From Anaerolineae bacterium (lineage in GTDB: Bacteria; Chloroflexota; Anaerolineae; B4-G1; SLSP01), in assembly GCA_035420085.1 (NCBI GenBank), contig DAOLUH010000022.1, positions 7,930-71,929 on the forward strand: DNA of 64,000 bases, written 5' to 3'. This document shows, one piece after another, positions 26,501 through 34,253 of this stretch. How positions within the stretch are numbered: position 1 is the stretch's first letter; each line of letters begins with the position of its first letter. The position numbers were made by a program, and so were the translations under genes. Under the pieces are notes generated by a model that searched no databases, was not told the origin of the DNA, and was given only the letters and a program-made list of their open reading frames with translations.

Positions 26501-26577
26501 CACAGAGAGCACAGAGTTCGCAGAGTTTTTTTCTCTGCGCTCTCTGTGTACCCGGTGGCTATTTTGAGAGGAGGCGT
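26501..26577 (+). repeat. CACAGAGnn / CTCTGTG 9-mer hairpin (26501-26548) followed by a conserved SD-bearing leader GGTGGCTATTTTGAGAGGAGGCGT
   Basis: Starts 2 nt after the cca stop and ends at the ATG at 26578. A near-identical cassette lies at 31306-31390 and a partial copy at 31224-31262. Confidence 0.8.
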
Positions 26578-28125
26578 ATGAGAGCACAGACGTATCGGCT
26601 TACCTGGTTGATTGCACTCCTCCTGCTCCTGGGATGCCAGACTTCCGGGCCGGCTACCCCTGCGGCAACGCTGCCTTCTGCATCCCCGGCAGCGACGCGC
26701 ACTCCCGTCCCCACCTGGACGCCCACCGCCACCGCTATGCCGGCAACGCCGCTCCCCACACGGACGGCGACCGCGACGCCGCGCCCTACTGCGACCCTCA
26801 CCCCGTTCCCGGTGTGCGCCGCCGTCTGGCAACGCCCGTTCCCCAAAACTGCGCCGCTGCGCGACGTGGTCCTCTTCACCAGCGCCATCCCCGCGCCGTT
26901 TGCGCCGGCATCGGCCACCCAGAGAAGCAGCGACACACACCTGTGGGCCGTCGCCGCCGATGGACGCCGCAGCGAACGGCTTTCTGCCGGCGGAAACATC
27001 CTGTATATCCGCCCCACAACCGGCGCAGTCTCGGTTGATCTTCTGGTCACCCGGCCATTTTCGCTAGAGACAGAGTTTGTCCGCCAGCACGTGCTCAGCC
27101 CCGCATGTACGAAGTCCGAGGTTCCATGCGACAAGTTTACGTTTTCACCCGGCGGCGCGTGGGTGGCCTATTTTTGGGGCGCAGAAATTTGTGGACGCGG
27201 TATTGCTGCTCTGAATTTGCGCACCGACGAGACGCTCATCCTCGTCGAAAAAGGCGGGCACAGTTTCACCTTCCTCTCCGACGAGACCATGCTCATCGGC
27301 GCCGGACATTGCGAAGGCGGGATTTTGATGACCGTGGACCTGCAGAGTGGCGCGGAGACCACCCTCGGCGCAAGCAGCGCGGTGCAGTGGAACGCGACAC
27401 GGACGGCCTTCGCCGTCAACGCCCATCCTTATATGGGCTGGGGAAGCGACGTGTGGGGGTACAACGTCGCCCAAGCCAGGCATTTCATCGCCGCGTCAGA
27501 GGAAGTCGCTGCCGAGGAGCTACAAACGGTTTGGACGCCTGCCGGCGATTATCTGCTGTACCAACAGCGCACGATTTCCTTTACCACACCCACCAAAGCC
27601 GAACTCACCCTCAGCCCGCAGCAGATTATCATCGCCAACGTTGCCACCGGCGAACAGCGGACCTTGCTCACCGATCCAGCCTATGACTATCACTTGTGTA
27701 CAGCTTACGACGTATGTCCGTGGGAAGGCGACTACATCGAAGTCCGGCGGATTCCTTACCAGCAGCGCGTCTTCGATCAGGAACCCGATTTCTACACTGA
27801 TGCAGTCAATTGCGCTGTGTATGGCTTCCGCTGCCCTGATCCGGTGGAGCGCTTCGCCCTCAACTGGCGCACCGGCGAACTCGTACCCTGGGATCAACGG
27901 CCCGCAGCCCTGGAGACGCCGACTGTCACACCGACGCCGACGCCAGCCGCAACGGCAGCGACGCCCAGCGCGCCGGATTTAGCGCGTCCGGCCTTCTTCA
28001 CTGCGCCGGACGGGACTTACGCGCTGCACCTCGGCGCGGACGAACGCAGCTTGTGGTGCATTCCCGCCGCCGGGGAACCGGTATTGTGGGTCAACAACGG
28101 CGCGAATTTCACCTATATCCCATAG
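26578..28125 (+). CDS. Lipoprotein with PT-rich linker and PD40/TolB-like beta-propeller repeats
   Basis: Start at MRAQTYRLTWLIALLLLLGC (lipobox) after GAGGAGG. FSPGGAWVAYF and WTPAGDYLLYQ repeats. The longer track ORF (26356) overlaps cca. Confidence 0.65.
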   Translation: MRAQTYRLTWLIALLLLLGCQTSGPATPAATLPSASPAATRTPVPTWTPTATAMPATPLPTRTATATPRPTATLTPFPVCAAVWQRPFPKTAPLRDVVLFTSAIPAPFAPASATQRSSDTHLWAVAADGRRSERLSAGGNILYIRPTTGAVSVDLLVTRPFSLETEFVRQHVLSPACTKSEVPCDKFTFSPGGAWVAYFWGAEICGRGIAALNLRTDETLILVEKGGHSFTFLSDETMLIGAGHCEGGILMTVDLQSGAETTLGASSAVQWNATRTAFAVNAHPYMGWGSDVWGYNVAQARHFIAASEEVAAEELQTVWTPAGDYLLYQQRTISFTTPTKAELTLSPQQIIIANVATGEQRTLLTDPAYDYHLCTAYDVCPWEGDYIEVRRIPYQQRVFDQEPDFYTDAVNCAVYGFRCPDPVERFALNWRTGELVPWDQRPAALETPTVTPTPTPAATAATPSAPDLARPAFFTAPDGTYALHLGADERSLWCIPAAGEPVLWVNNGANFTYIP

Positions 28126-28135
28126 AGGAAGTTTT

Positions 28136-29545
28136 GTGTTGATGAAAAAGTTATTGTTTGTTGGTCTTGTACTTCTGTTGATCGTCACATCCCTCACCGG
28201 CTGCGAGACGCCCACCATCGCCCCCACCCCCACGCCGACGCGCACGCCGGTTCTCCCCACCCCCACACCGACGCACACCCCCACCCCCACACCGACCGCC
28301 ACCCCCTCTATCACCCCCAGCCCCACGCCAACGCTGCCGCCGGGACTGCTCTTGCCGCCGCAGCCAGCGGAGTTGCCGGGCTGGCCGGCGTTGCCTGTTG
28401 ATCTCTACTTTATGCGCGATGGGAAAATCTGGTCGTGGTTGGCGGAAGGCGGCGCAGTGGAAAGTGTGCCAGTTGCGGTGGAAGGGGAGACCGTGCTCAC
28501 CTACCAGATAACGCAGGACGAACGCTACGTGCTGTATGTGACCGACGCTGGCAAACTGTACGTTTTCGACCGCGCCCAGTGGCAGCACACGCACATCCCC
28601 ACCGCGGGCCGGTTGATTGACGACCGGGGCATTTATTTCGACGTGACGCCGGACACACGTTACCTGGTCTACCTGGCATGGGGCATCCAACCAACAGCCG
28701 AGATGACCACCAATAACACGCTCATCGGGACTATCCTGACAATCGAATTGCCCAAACTGCGGCAGGCACAGCGAACATTGGGGTTTTGCGGCAGCGACGG
28801 CGATGCTGGCTGTATGGGCGTCCACCTCGCGCCAGATGGCAACCTTGTCGCCTACGAAGATGGCGCAGGGTTGTGGCTGACCGCGCTCGACAGCCCCGAA
28901 CCCCGCCTGGCACTGCCTTCCTCCAGCACACCGCCCTGGCGATTCAAGGCCTGGTCGCCCAACAGCCGTTGGTTAATCCTGGAAGTGCAATCGGCGGAAG
29001 GGACGCTCATAGGACTGCTCAATGTAGCAACAGGACAAATCACCCCCATCGGCGACGTGGCCTGTGTGGAAGGCTGCGACATCGGGCTGAGTTGGGGAAC
29101 GCAAAGCCTGTGGCTGTTTACCGATACGCCACAGCAGGGCTGCCTCTTCCAGATACAGCCAGCCTTCGGCGATACGCCAATGAGTATGCCTTACGAGATG
29201 TGTGCGCTAGGTGAGTGGGCACTGCACCCCGCGTCTCCGTTGGCGCTGCCCGACGGGTGGGTCGCGTTCGTGCATCGCGGCTGCGGCGAGGGTTGCCCCG
29301 GCCCGGCGCCTGGCCTCTACTTCCTGGGTCCCGACGAAGCCGCGCATCCCATCGCCTTGCTTGACCGCAACGACGGTTCCGCCCTGTGGGCGCCCGACGG
29401 TTCGGCCTTCCTCTACTTCGACGCGGAGAATCGCCCCTATCGCCTGGGTGTGACCGGCGGCGCAGGTTTCTGGGATGTGAGCCGCGCCCTCGCAGGCGCA
29501 CACACATTCCACTGGGGTACACGCCTTGAGTCGCCGGAACAGTGA
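28136..29545 (+). CDS. Lipoprotein with PT-rich linker and PD40-like beta-propeller repeats
   Basis: MKKLLFVGLVLLLIVTSLTGC lipobox (the ATG at 28142 is likely the true start). LAPDGNLVAYE, WSPNSRWLILE and WAPDGSAFLYF. Confidence 0.65.
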   Translation: MLMKKLLFVGLVLLLIVTSLTGCETPTIAPTPTPTRTPVLPTPTPTHTPTPTPTATPSITPSPTPTLPPGLLLPPQPAELPGWPALPVDLYFMRDGKIWSWLAEGGAVESVPVAVEGETVLTYQITQDERYVLYVTDAGKLYVFDRAQWQHTHIPTAGRLIDDRGIYFDVTPDTRYLVYLAWGIQPTAEMTTNNTLIGTILTIELPKLRQAQRTLGFCGSDGDAGCMGVHLAPDGNLVAYEDGAGLWLTALDSPEPRLALPSSSTPPWRFKAWSPNSRWLILEVQSAEGTLIGLLNVATGQITPIGDVACVEGCDIGLSWGTQSLWLFTDTPQQGCLFQIQPAFGDTPMSMPYEMCALGEWALHPASPLALPDGWVAFVHRGCGEGCPGPAPGLYFLGPDEAAHPIALLDRNDGSALWAPDGSAFLYFDAENRPYRLGVTGGAGFWDVSRALAGAHTFHWGTRLESPEQ

Positions 29546-29546
29546 G

Positions 29547-29622
29547 ACGTTTGAACGTTGGAACGTTCAAACGTGTTAACGTTGAAACATTCCAACACTG
29601 GCGTTTGGCGTTTGACGTTTGA
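29547..29622. repeat. Phased array ACGTTTGA/ACGTTGGA/ACGTTCAA/ACGTGTTA/ACGTTGAA/ACATTCCA (8-mers), then ACACTGG/CGTTTGG/CGTTTGA/CGTTTGA (7-mers)
   Basis: Read directly. Begins 2 nt after the stop at 29543-29545. Confidence 0.85.
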
Positions 29623-29640
29623 CATAAGCCGTTGTATAAA
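29612..29640 (+). promoter_or_regulatory. Candidate promoter TTGACG, 17 nt, TATAAA. The -35 lies inside the heptamer array and the predicted TSS is at or next to the ATG at 29648 (leaderless).
   Basis: -35 at 29612-29617 and -10 at 29635-29640. No SD between the -10 and the ATG. Confidence 0.4.
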
Positions 29641-29647
29641 ACACGGC

Positions 29648-31222
29648 ATGAAGCTATCCATATTCACACAACCCAAATCCTGTCGTTTGCTTGGCGTCAT
29701 ATGCGTCACGCTGGCGGCGCTGAGTGTGCTGCTGGCGGCGTGTGTCGTCCCGCCCTCGCCCACCGAACCTAATCGCGTGACGTTGGTGGTTGACGGCGAG
29801 CAGCGCCTCATCGTCACCGCATTGGGCACCGTGCGCGATCTCTTGACCGCCGAGGGCGTCACATTGGGCGAATTCGACCGGCTGACGCCGCCAGAAACCG
29901 CCGCGCTGCGCAACGGTATGATCATCACCATCGTGCGCGTGACCCGGCTGACGGAAACCATCTCCGAGACGCTGCCGTTTGGACGGCAAGTTGTGCGCGA
30001 CGCCGCCGTCCCTGAAAGCGAGACGCGCTTGCTGCAATCGGGGCGGGCGGGCGTCTTAGAACGCGCTTACCGCATCACATTCGAAGACGGCGTGGAGGTG
30101 GAACGCACGCTGATGCAGGAGGCGGTCACCCAGCCGCCACAGGACGAGATCCGCCTCGTGGGCACGCGCCCCAAAGTCGAAACGGTCATCATCACCGGCA
30201 CACTGGCCTACCTCAACAACCAGGATGCGTGGATTTTGCGCGGCAGCAATCGCGCGCGCCGCCGTCTCACCGCGTTGGGCGATCTGGATGGGCGCGTCTT
30301 CAGCCTCTCGCCAGATGCATCGAAGTTGCTCTTCACCCGCGGCGTCACCGAAGCGGAGCACATCAACGAGCTGTGGCTCATCCGCACCGCCGAGGCCGAT
30401 CCCAACCCGATCCCGCTCAACGTCAGCGACGCGCTATGGGCCGGGTGGCATCCCGATGGCAAGACCATCGCCTGGACCACGGCGGAGGTCATCGCACAAG
30501 CGCCCGGTTGGCGCGGGCAAAATGATCTGTGGACGGCGCAACTGACCGCGCAGTTCACGCTCGTCACGCGGCGCAAAATCCTCGCGGCGGAAGCTGGCGG
30601 CGGATACGGCTGGTGGGGCACGCGCTACGCCTGGTCGCCCGACGGCGAGGCGCTGGCCTACTCGCAGCCCGATAGCGTGGGCGTGGTCAATCTGCGCAAA
30701 GCGGAGCGCGTCCCGCTGCTCACCTTCCCCACGTACCGCACCTACAGCAGTTGGGCGTGGAACCCTTCGGTGGTGTGGTCGCCCGACGGCAACTTCATCG
30801 CCACGGTTATCCACACGCCATCGCCCAACATTGATGATCCAGAGGAAAGTCCTATCTTCGACGTGTGGCAGATCGCGGCGACGGGCGCGTACAGCGCCGA
30901 ACTTGCCTCCGAGACGGGGATGTGGGCCACGCCGGTTTACGCGCCGGATGGGACGACGCTGCTCTTCGGGCGCGCGCTCATCCCCTACAAGAGCGACACC
31001 AGCCCGCACAAGCTTTGCCTGATTGACCGCGACGGCTCCGATCAATTCTGCTTCGACCCGCCCGGCGAAACCGGCATCGAACTACCGGTGTGGCGCTGGA
31101 GTCCCGACGGGCGACAGATCGCCTTCATCTACCTCAACAATATCTACTTGCTCGCGCCGGAGGATAGGAACATCATCCCGCTGGTGGATGATGGGGGGAT
31201 TACGTGGGTGGATTGGCGATAA
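29648..31222 (+). CDS. Lipoprotein with DUF348 + G5 domains followed by a PD40-like beta-propeller
   Basis: MKLSIF..LAACVVPP. VTLVVDGEQRLIVT (DUF348-like). ETRLLQSGRAGVLERAYRITFEDGVEV (G5-like). WHPDGKTIAW, WSPDGEALAY, WSPDGNFIAT, YAPDGTTLLF and WSPDGRQIAF. Confidence 0.7.
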   Translation: MKLSIFTQPKSCRLLGVICVTLAALSVLLAACVVPPSPTEPNRVTLVVDGEQRLIVTALGTVRDLLTAEGVTLGEFDRLTPPETAALRNGMIITIVRVTRLTETISETLPFGRQVVRDAAVPESETRLLQSGRAGVLERAYRITFEDGVEVERTLMQEAVTQPPQDEIRLVGTRPKVETVIITGTLAYLNNQDAWILRGSNRARRRLTALGDLDGRVFSLSPDASKLLFTRGVTEAEHINELWLIRTAEADPNPIPLNVSDALWAGWHPDGKTIAWTTAEVIAQAPGWRGQNDLWTAQLTAQFTLVTRRKILAAEAGGGYGWWGTRYAWSPDGEALAYSQPDSVGVVNLRKAERVPLLTFPTYRTYSSWAWNPSVVWSPDGNFIATVIHTPSPNIDDPEESPIFDVWQIAATGAYSAELASETGMWATPVYAPDGTTLLFGRALIPYKSDTSPHKLCLIDRDGSDQFCFDPPGETGIELPVWRWSPDGRQIAFIYLNNIYLLAPEDRNIIPLVDDGGITWVDWR

Positions 31223-31223
31223 G

Positions 31224-31262
31224 TCTCAGCACTCTGTATCCTCGGTGGCTATTTTCAAGGAG
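31224..31262 (+). repeat. Partial copy of the CTCTGTG hairpin arm plus leader (CTCTGTATCCTCGGTGGCTATTTTCAAGGAG)
   Basis: Aligns to 26540-26572 and 31354-31386. No start codon follows it. Confidence 0.6.
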
Positions 31263-31305
31263 TGCAACCGAACCTACGGTACAGCGCCGATAATGAAAAT
31301 TTTAC

Positions 31306-31390
31306 CGCAGAGCACGCGGAGAGCGCAGAGTATTTTTTATTTTTCTCTGTGAACTCTGTGTTCTCTGTGGCTATTTAGAGAGGAGGCGCT
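31306..31390 (+). repeat. CGCAGAGnn x3, T-rich loop, CTCTGTGnn x3 hairpin plus leader GCTATTTAGAGAGGAGGCGCT, ending at the ATG at 31391
   Basis: Read directly. Second full copy of the cassette seen at 26501-26577. Confidence 0.8.
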
Positions 31391-31753
31391 ATGTTTCTGC
31401 TGCGAATGTTGGTTGAAGCGGTTTTGAGCATCGCCGCCGCGTTGGCGGGTAACTGGTTAGGCGGCGAGCTGCGCTCCCGTCTGACGGGCAAGCCGGTGCA
31501 GTCCTTACGTTTCCACTACACCACCCCCGAGGGCAGGACGATCAGCAACATGCCTGTCGTGACGAAATTTTACCCGGCCCTACTCGTCGGATTGCTGCGC
31601 AAGCCCCATTGGCTCCGCGCATTTCTGGCCGGCGTGGCAACAGGCGCGCTGGTTGATGACCGGCTGGAACACCTGATGTGGGAGCGGTTCGAGAAAGTGC
31701 TGCTCTCAAGTCATGCAGGGGAAAAGAACAGTGCCGAAGCGCTGAATGTGTAA
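31391..31753 (+). CDS. Small hypothetical membrane protein
   Basis: 120-aa ORF with a strong SD from the repeat cassette and two hydrophobic segments. No recognisable family. Confidence 0.4.
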   Translation: MFLLRMLVEAVLSIAAALAGNWLGGELRSRLTGKPVQSLRFHYTTPEGRTISNMPVVTKFYPALLVGLLRKPHWLRAFLAGVATGALVDDRLEHLMWERFEKVLLSSHAGEKNSAEALNV

Positions 31754-31962
31754 AATTGGCGTTCAATTAAGCTAATCGCTGACTACCCACAGGGTTGACA
31801 GGTTATGTGGAGGATGATCAACGTCTCACACAAGAACGCGAGTACAACAAAGTCGCGCAGTGGCAAACATGGCTTGCACAAACAAACGCACTGGCGGACA
31901 CAATACTGGCGCGCAGAGGCGGCATATTTATTCCTGTTTCCAATCTCTCATTTGGAGCTTTC

Positions 31963-32730
31963 ATGAACATCCTCGATCAATTCAAGCTAGACGGGAAAAC
32001 CGCGCTCGTCACCGGCTGCCGGCGCGGGATTGGGCGCGGGTACGCGCAGGCGCTCGCCGAAGCTGGAGCGGACATCGTTGGCGTGAGCCTCACGTTGCAA
32101 CCGGGCAGCGAGGTAGAACAAGACGTCGTTGCCCTGGGACGTACATTCACGGGATATGCCTGCGACTTCGCCGACCGTGAGGCGCTCTACGCCTTCATCG
32201 CGCGGGTGAAGGAAGAATGCCCGCCCATTGACATCCTCGTGAACAATGCCGGTACGATCTTCCGCCAACCCGCGGCAGAGTATCCCGACGACAAATGGGA
32301 CGAGGTCATCGAGACGAATCTCAGCGCGCAGTTCATCGTCGCGCGCGAATTCGGGAAGGATATGCTGGCGCGCGGGCGCGGCAAGATCATCTTCACCGCC
32401 TCGCTACTCACCTTTCAAGGCGGGATTACCGTGCCGAGTTACGCCGCGAGCAAGGGCGGCATCGGCCAACTGGTGATGGCGCTATCCAACGAGTGGGCGG
32501 GCAAGGGCGTCAACGTCAACGCCATTGTGCCCGGCTACATCGCCACCGATCTCACCGAGGCGCTGCGCCACGATCCCGTCCGCAGCGAGCAAATCCTGGC
32601 GCGCATCCCCGCCGGACGCTGGGGGACCCCCGCTGACTTCAAAGGCGCGGTCGTCTATCTGGCCTCCGAGGCCTCAAATTACGTCAACGGCATTACGTTA
32701 ATTGTTGATGGCGGTTGGATGGGGAGGTAG
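31963..32730 (+). CDS. kduD: 2-dehydro-3-deoxy-D-gluconate 5-dehydrogenase-like SDR
   Basis: Start MNILDQFKLDGKTALVTGC with a GGAG RBS. LSFQGG-type SLLTFQGGITVPSYAASK and IPAGRWG..YVNG..VDGGWM align closely with E. coli KduD as I remember it. Confidence 0.8.
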   Translation: MNILDQFKLDGKTALVTGCRRGIGRGYAQALAEAGADIVGVSLTLQPGSEVEQDVVALGRTFTGYACDFADREALYAFIARVKEECPPIDILVNNAGTIFRQPAAEYPDDKWDEVIETNLSAQFIVAREFGKDMLARGRGKIIFTASLLTFQGGITVPSYAASKGGIGQLVMALSNEWAGKGVNVNAIVPGYIATDLTEALRHDPVRSEQILARIPAGRWGTPADFKGAVVYLASEASNYVNGITLIVDGGWMGR

Positions 32731-32825
32731 TTTTCATAACCGCTGATGTGATTGCCGATTTTCGGCCTTGCGTTATACTGTGGCGTATTCGCAAGGTTTT
32801 CAAAGCATGTTCAGAGGGGGAGATT

Positions 32826-34106
32826 ATGGTCAAGACAAGAAACAAAAAACTCGCAATCCTGGTCGGCGGTGGGCCAGCGCCAGGGATCAATGGCGTCATC
32901 CACTCCGCCACCATCGAAGCCATCGTCAATGGGATCGAAGTCACGGGACTGTATGAAGGATTCAAGTACCTCATGCAGGGCCGCATCGTCGGCAAACAAC
33001 TGACTATCGCCGACGTAAGCCGCATCCACCGCGACGGCGGCTCCATCCTGCGCACGTCGCGCGCCAACCCGACCAAGTCGGAGAAGGACCTCGAAATGTG
33101 CAGCCGCACGTTGATTGACGCGGGCATCAACTGCCTGCTGGCTATTGGCGGCGACGACACTGCCTACTCTGCCTACCGCGTCGCGCGCTACGCCGATGAG
33201 CACATGAACGTTCGCATCCAGACGGTTCACGCGCCCAAGACTATTGACAACGACCTGCCGCTGCCAGAAGGCATTGTCACCTTTGGGTTCGAGACGGCGC
33301 GAGAGCTAGGAACGCGGCTGGTGATGAACCTGATGGAAGACGCGCTCACCAGTCAACGCTGGTACCTCGTTGTGGCAATGGGACGCAAGGCCGGCCATCT
33401 GGCGCTGGGTATCGGCAAAAGCTCCGGCGCGACCGTCACCCTCATCCCCGAGGAGTGGGGAAACCGGGAGATTCGTCTGCAAGAAGTCATTGACATTCTC
33501 ACGACGACCGTCATCAAGCGCTACGCTGAGGACAAACCGCATGGCGTGGCGGTCGTCGCTGAAGGCGTGGTGGAGCAGATGTTCCCCGGAGACCTGGACG
33601 GCCTGGAAAACGTCGAGCGCGACGCGCACGGCCACATCCGTCTGTCGGAGGTCAACTTCTCGGACATCCTCAAGGATGAACTGCGCAAGCAGCTCAAGGG
33701 TCTGGGGATCAACACCAGCATCATCAACATTGATCAGGGCTACGAACTGCGCTGCGCCGATCCCATCGCCTACGACATTGACTATACGCGCAGTCTGGGC
33801 GAAGCCGCCGTGGATTTCCTGCTCAACGAAGGCAGCCACGCGACAGTCACTATCCAGCAAGGGCAGATGGTCCCCATCCCCTTCGCGCAAATGATGGACC
33901 CCACCACCGGGCGCACTGAAGTCCGCAAGGTCAACACCGATTCCTTCGTCTTCCGTTCGGCGCGCAAATTCATGATCCGCCTCATGCCCGAAGATGCTGA
34001 GGACGAGATTCTGCTCGGCAAGATGGCCGCGCAGACGAATCTGTCGCTGGACGAATTCAAGGCCAAGTTTGGCTATCTGATCGGCATCGCGCCGCGGCCA
34101 TTTTAA
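32826..34106 (+). CDS. pfp: 6-phosphofructokinase, predicted pyrophosphate-dependent
   Basis: MVKTRNKKLAILVGGGPAPGINGVI. GGDDT and PKTIDND (Asp/Lys at the positions that are Gly/Gly in ATP-PFKs). Confidence 0.85.
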   Translation: MVKTRNKKLAILVGGGPAPGINGVIHSATIEAIVNGIEVTGLYEGFKYLMQGRIVGKQLTIADVSRIHRDGGSILRTSRANPTKSEKDLEMCSRTLIDAGINCLLAIGGDDTAYSAYRVARYADEHMNVRIQTVHAPKTIDNDLPLPEGIVTFGFETARELGTRLVMNLMEDALTSQRWYLVVAMGRKAGHLALGIGKSSGATVTLIPEEWGNREIRLQEVIDILTTTVIKRYAEDKPHGVAVVAEGVVEQMFPGDLDGLENVERDAHGHIRLSEVNFSDILKDELRKQLKGLGINTSIINIDQGYELRCADPIAYDIDYTRSLGEAAVDFLLNEGSHATVTIQQGQMVPIPFAQMMDPTTGRTEVRKVNTDSFVFRSARKFMIRLMPEDAEDEILLGKMAAQTNLSLDEFKAKFGYLIGIAPRPF

Positions 34107-34181
34107 GTAGACGGTAGACAGTAAACGGTAGACAGGGGATTCTTCCTGTCTACCGTTTTTGTTTGCTGTCTACGGTTCTAC
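34107..34181. repeat. GTAGACG/GTAGACA/GTAAACG/GTAGACA heptamers, loop, then TGTCTAC-type heptamers; starts at the first nt after the pfp stop
   Basis: Read directly. Confidence 0.85.
34123..34165 (+). terminator. Intrinsic terminator built from the heptamer array: AAACGGTAGACA / TGTCTACCGTTT 12-bp stem followed by TTGTTTG
   Basis: Perfect 12-bp stem, 12-nt loop and a T-rich tail, 17 nt after the pfp stop. Confidence 0.6.
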
Positions 34182-34225
34182 GACCGATGGTTTGAATACT
34201 TCAATAGCCCGGGCTTTTCTGCTCC

Positions 34226-34253
34226 CGTCTACTGTCTACCGTCTACTGTCTAC
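34226..34253. repeat. CGTCTAC/TGTCTAC x4 heptamers, the inverted copy of 34107-34134; overlaps the xylB stop codon
   Basis: Read directly. The TAG stop (c34250-34252) lies in the last unit. Confidence 0.85.

Noticed and set aside
26356-26577. Upstream extension of the first PD40 lipoprotein (track start 26356)
   Set aside because: It overlaps the cca 3' end and the hairpin cassette. The ATG at 26578 follows GAGGAGG and starts a canonical lipoprotein signal.
31293-31352. 19-codon ORF (MKILPQSTRRAQSIFYFSL) after the truncated SD cassette
   Set aside because: The start codon is about 30 nt from the AAGGAG, the ORF is made of repeat-hairpin sequence, and there is no supporting signal.
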